A stretch of 64,000 bases of DNA from Bdellovibrionales bacterium. Its GTDB lineage: Bacteria > Bdellovibrionota > Bdellovibrionia > Bdellovibrionales > UBA1609. Of this stretch, positions 63,471 to 64,000 are shown piece by piece. The notes beneath the pieces are model-generated. The model did no database searches and was not told where the DNA came from. It saw nothing but the letters and a program-made list of their open reading frames with translations. The stretch covers positions 256,001 to 320,000 of the forward strand of contig OZ244719.1 of assembly GCA_965219095.1 (NCBI GenBank), given 5' to 3'. Both the position numbers and the translations under genes were made by a program. How positions within the stretch are numbered: position 1 is the first letter of the stretch; every line of letters starts with the position of its first letter.

Positions 63471-64000
63471 AAGGCTATGTTTTATGTAAAAGAGAAAGGG
63501 CATCCAGTGCTTCGCATTTGCGAATTATTAAGAGGATCTCGTTCTTGTTTTTATAGTTTTTTAAAAACCAGGGGAAAGCTTGAAAAGGATAAAAATCTGG
63601 AGAAAAACATAGAATCTATTTTTAAAAAAAATAAAGGCTGTTATGGTTCCCCCAGGGTGTATAGGGAATTAAAGCGTTGCGGAGTGAGTGCTGGAGAAAA
63701 CAAAGTAGCTCGAATTATGAAACTAAAGAATCTCAGTGCCCGTCAGAAAAAACCCTATGTTCCTAGAACAACAAAGAATAACCCTCTCATGATTAAGTCT
63801 CCTCGGTTGTTTAAGACAGGACAGAGCCAAGCAGGAAAAGAAAACCAGGTATGGTGTTCGGATTTAACCTATATTCCTTTTAGAGATAAATTTCTGTATT
63901 TGGTTGTATTTTTAGATGTCTATAATCGAGAGATTAAGTCTTGGAAGCTCTGTGAGAGCTTGGACGGGGTTCATTCAAAACAGGCTCTGAGAGCCGCAGT
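63471..64000 (+). mobile_element. IS3-family OrfB transposase region, 5'-truncated by IS630 and running off the window
   Basis: The open frame from 63471 has YGSPRV, WCSDLTYI and LYLVVFLDVYNREI. Confidence 0.85.

Overview
Low-GC (~32%) bacterial chromosome segment, most consistent with a Bdellovibrionota-like and probably host-associated organism. This is inferred from a DUF4423-like gene, a CarD/CdnL gene, a VKOR-DsbA fusion and secreted RCC1-repeat proteins. The housekeeping blocks are intact: miaB-gamma-CA-guaB-folE-queC, prs-rplY-pth-ychF, tRNA-Asp, pyk, lptD, pheST, trmH-like, carD and gltX-cysS-uvrB-uvrC. Between them lies roughly a quarter of the window in insertion sequences (ISL3, two IS630 types, IS5, two IS1634-like, IS110/IS1111, IS66, IS256, IS3), mostly decayed and often nested. 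Highlights: (1) A triple nest IS630 > IS1111-type IS110 > IS1634. The rejoined right non-coding end of the IS110 folds into a two-loop bridge/seekRNA-like structure. Its loops match its own circle junction and the start-codon region of the IS630 it sits in, and the uninterrupted IS630 copies differ by 3 nt exactly there. (2) A covarying three-way-junction RNA structure in the ISL3 left end. (3) Ultra-short (17-74 bp) end-to-end derivatives of several IS families. (4) A CTAG-flanked, TIR-bounded passenger element inside an IS5. No CRISPR array, rRNA or reverse transcriptase was seen. All calls are by eye, without database searches.
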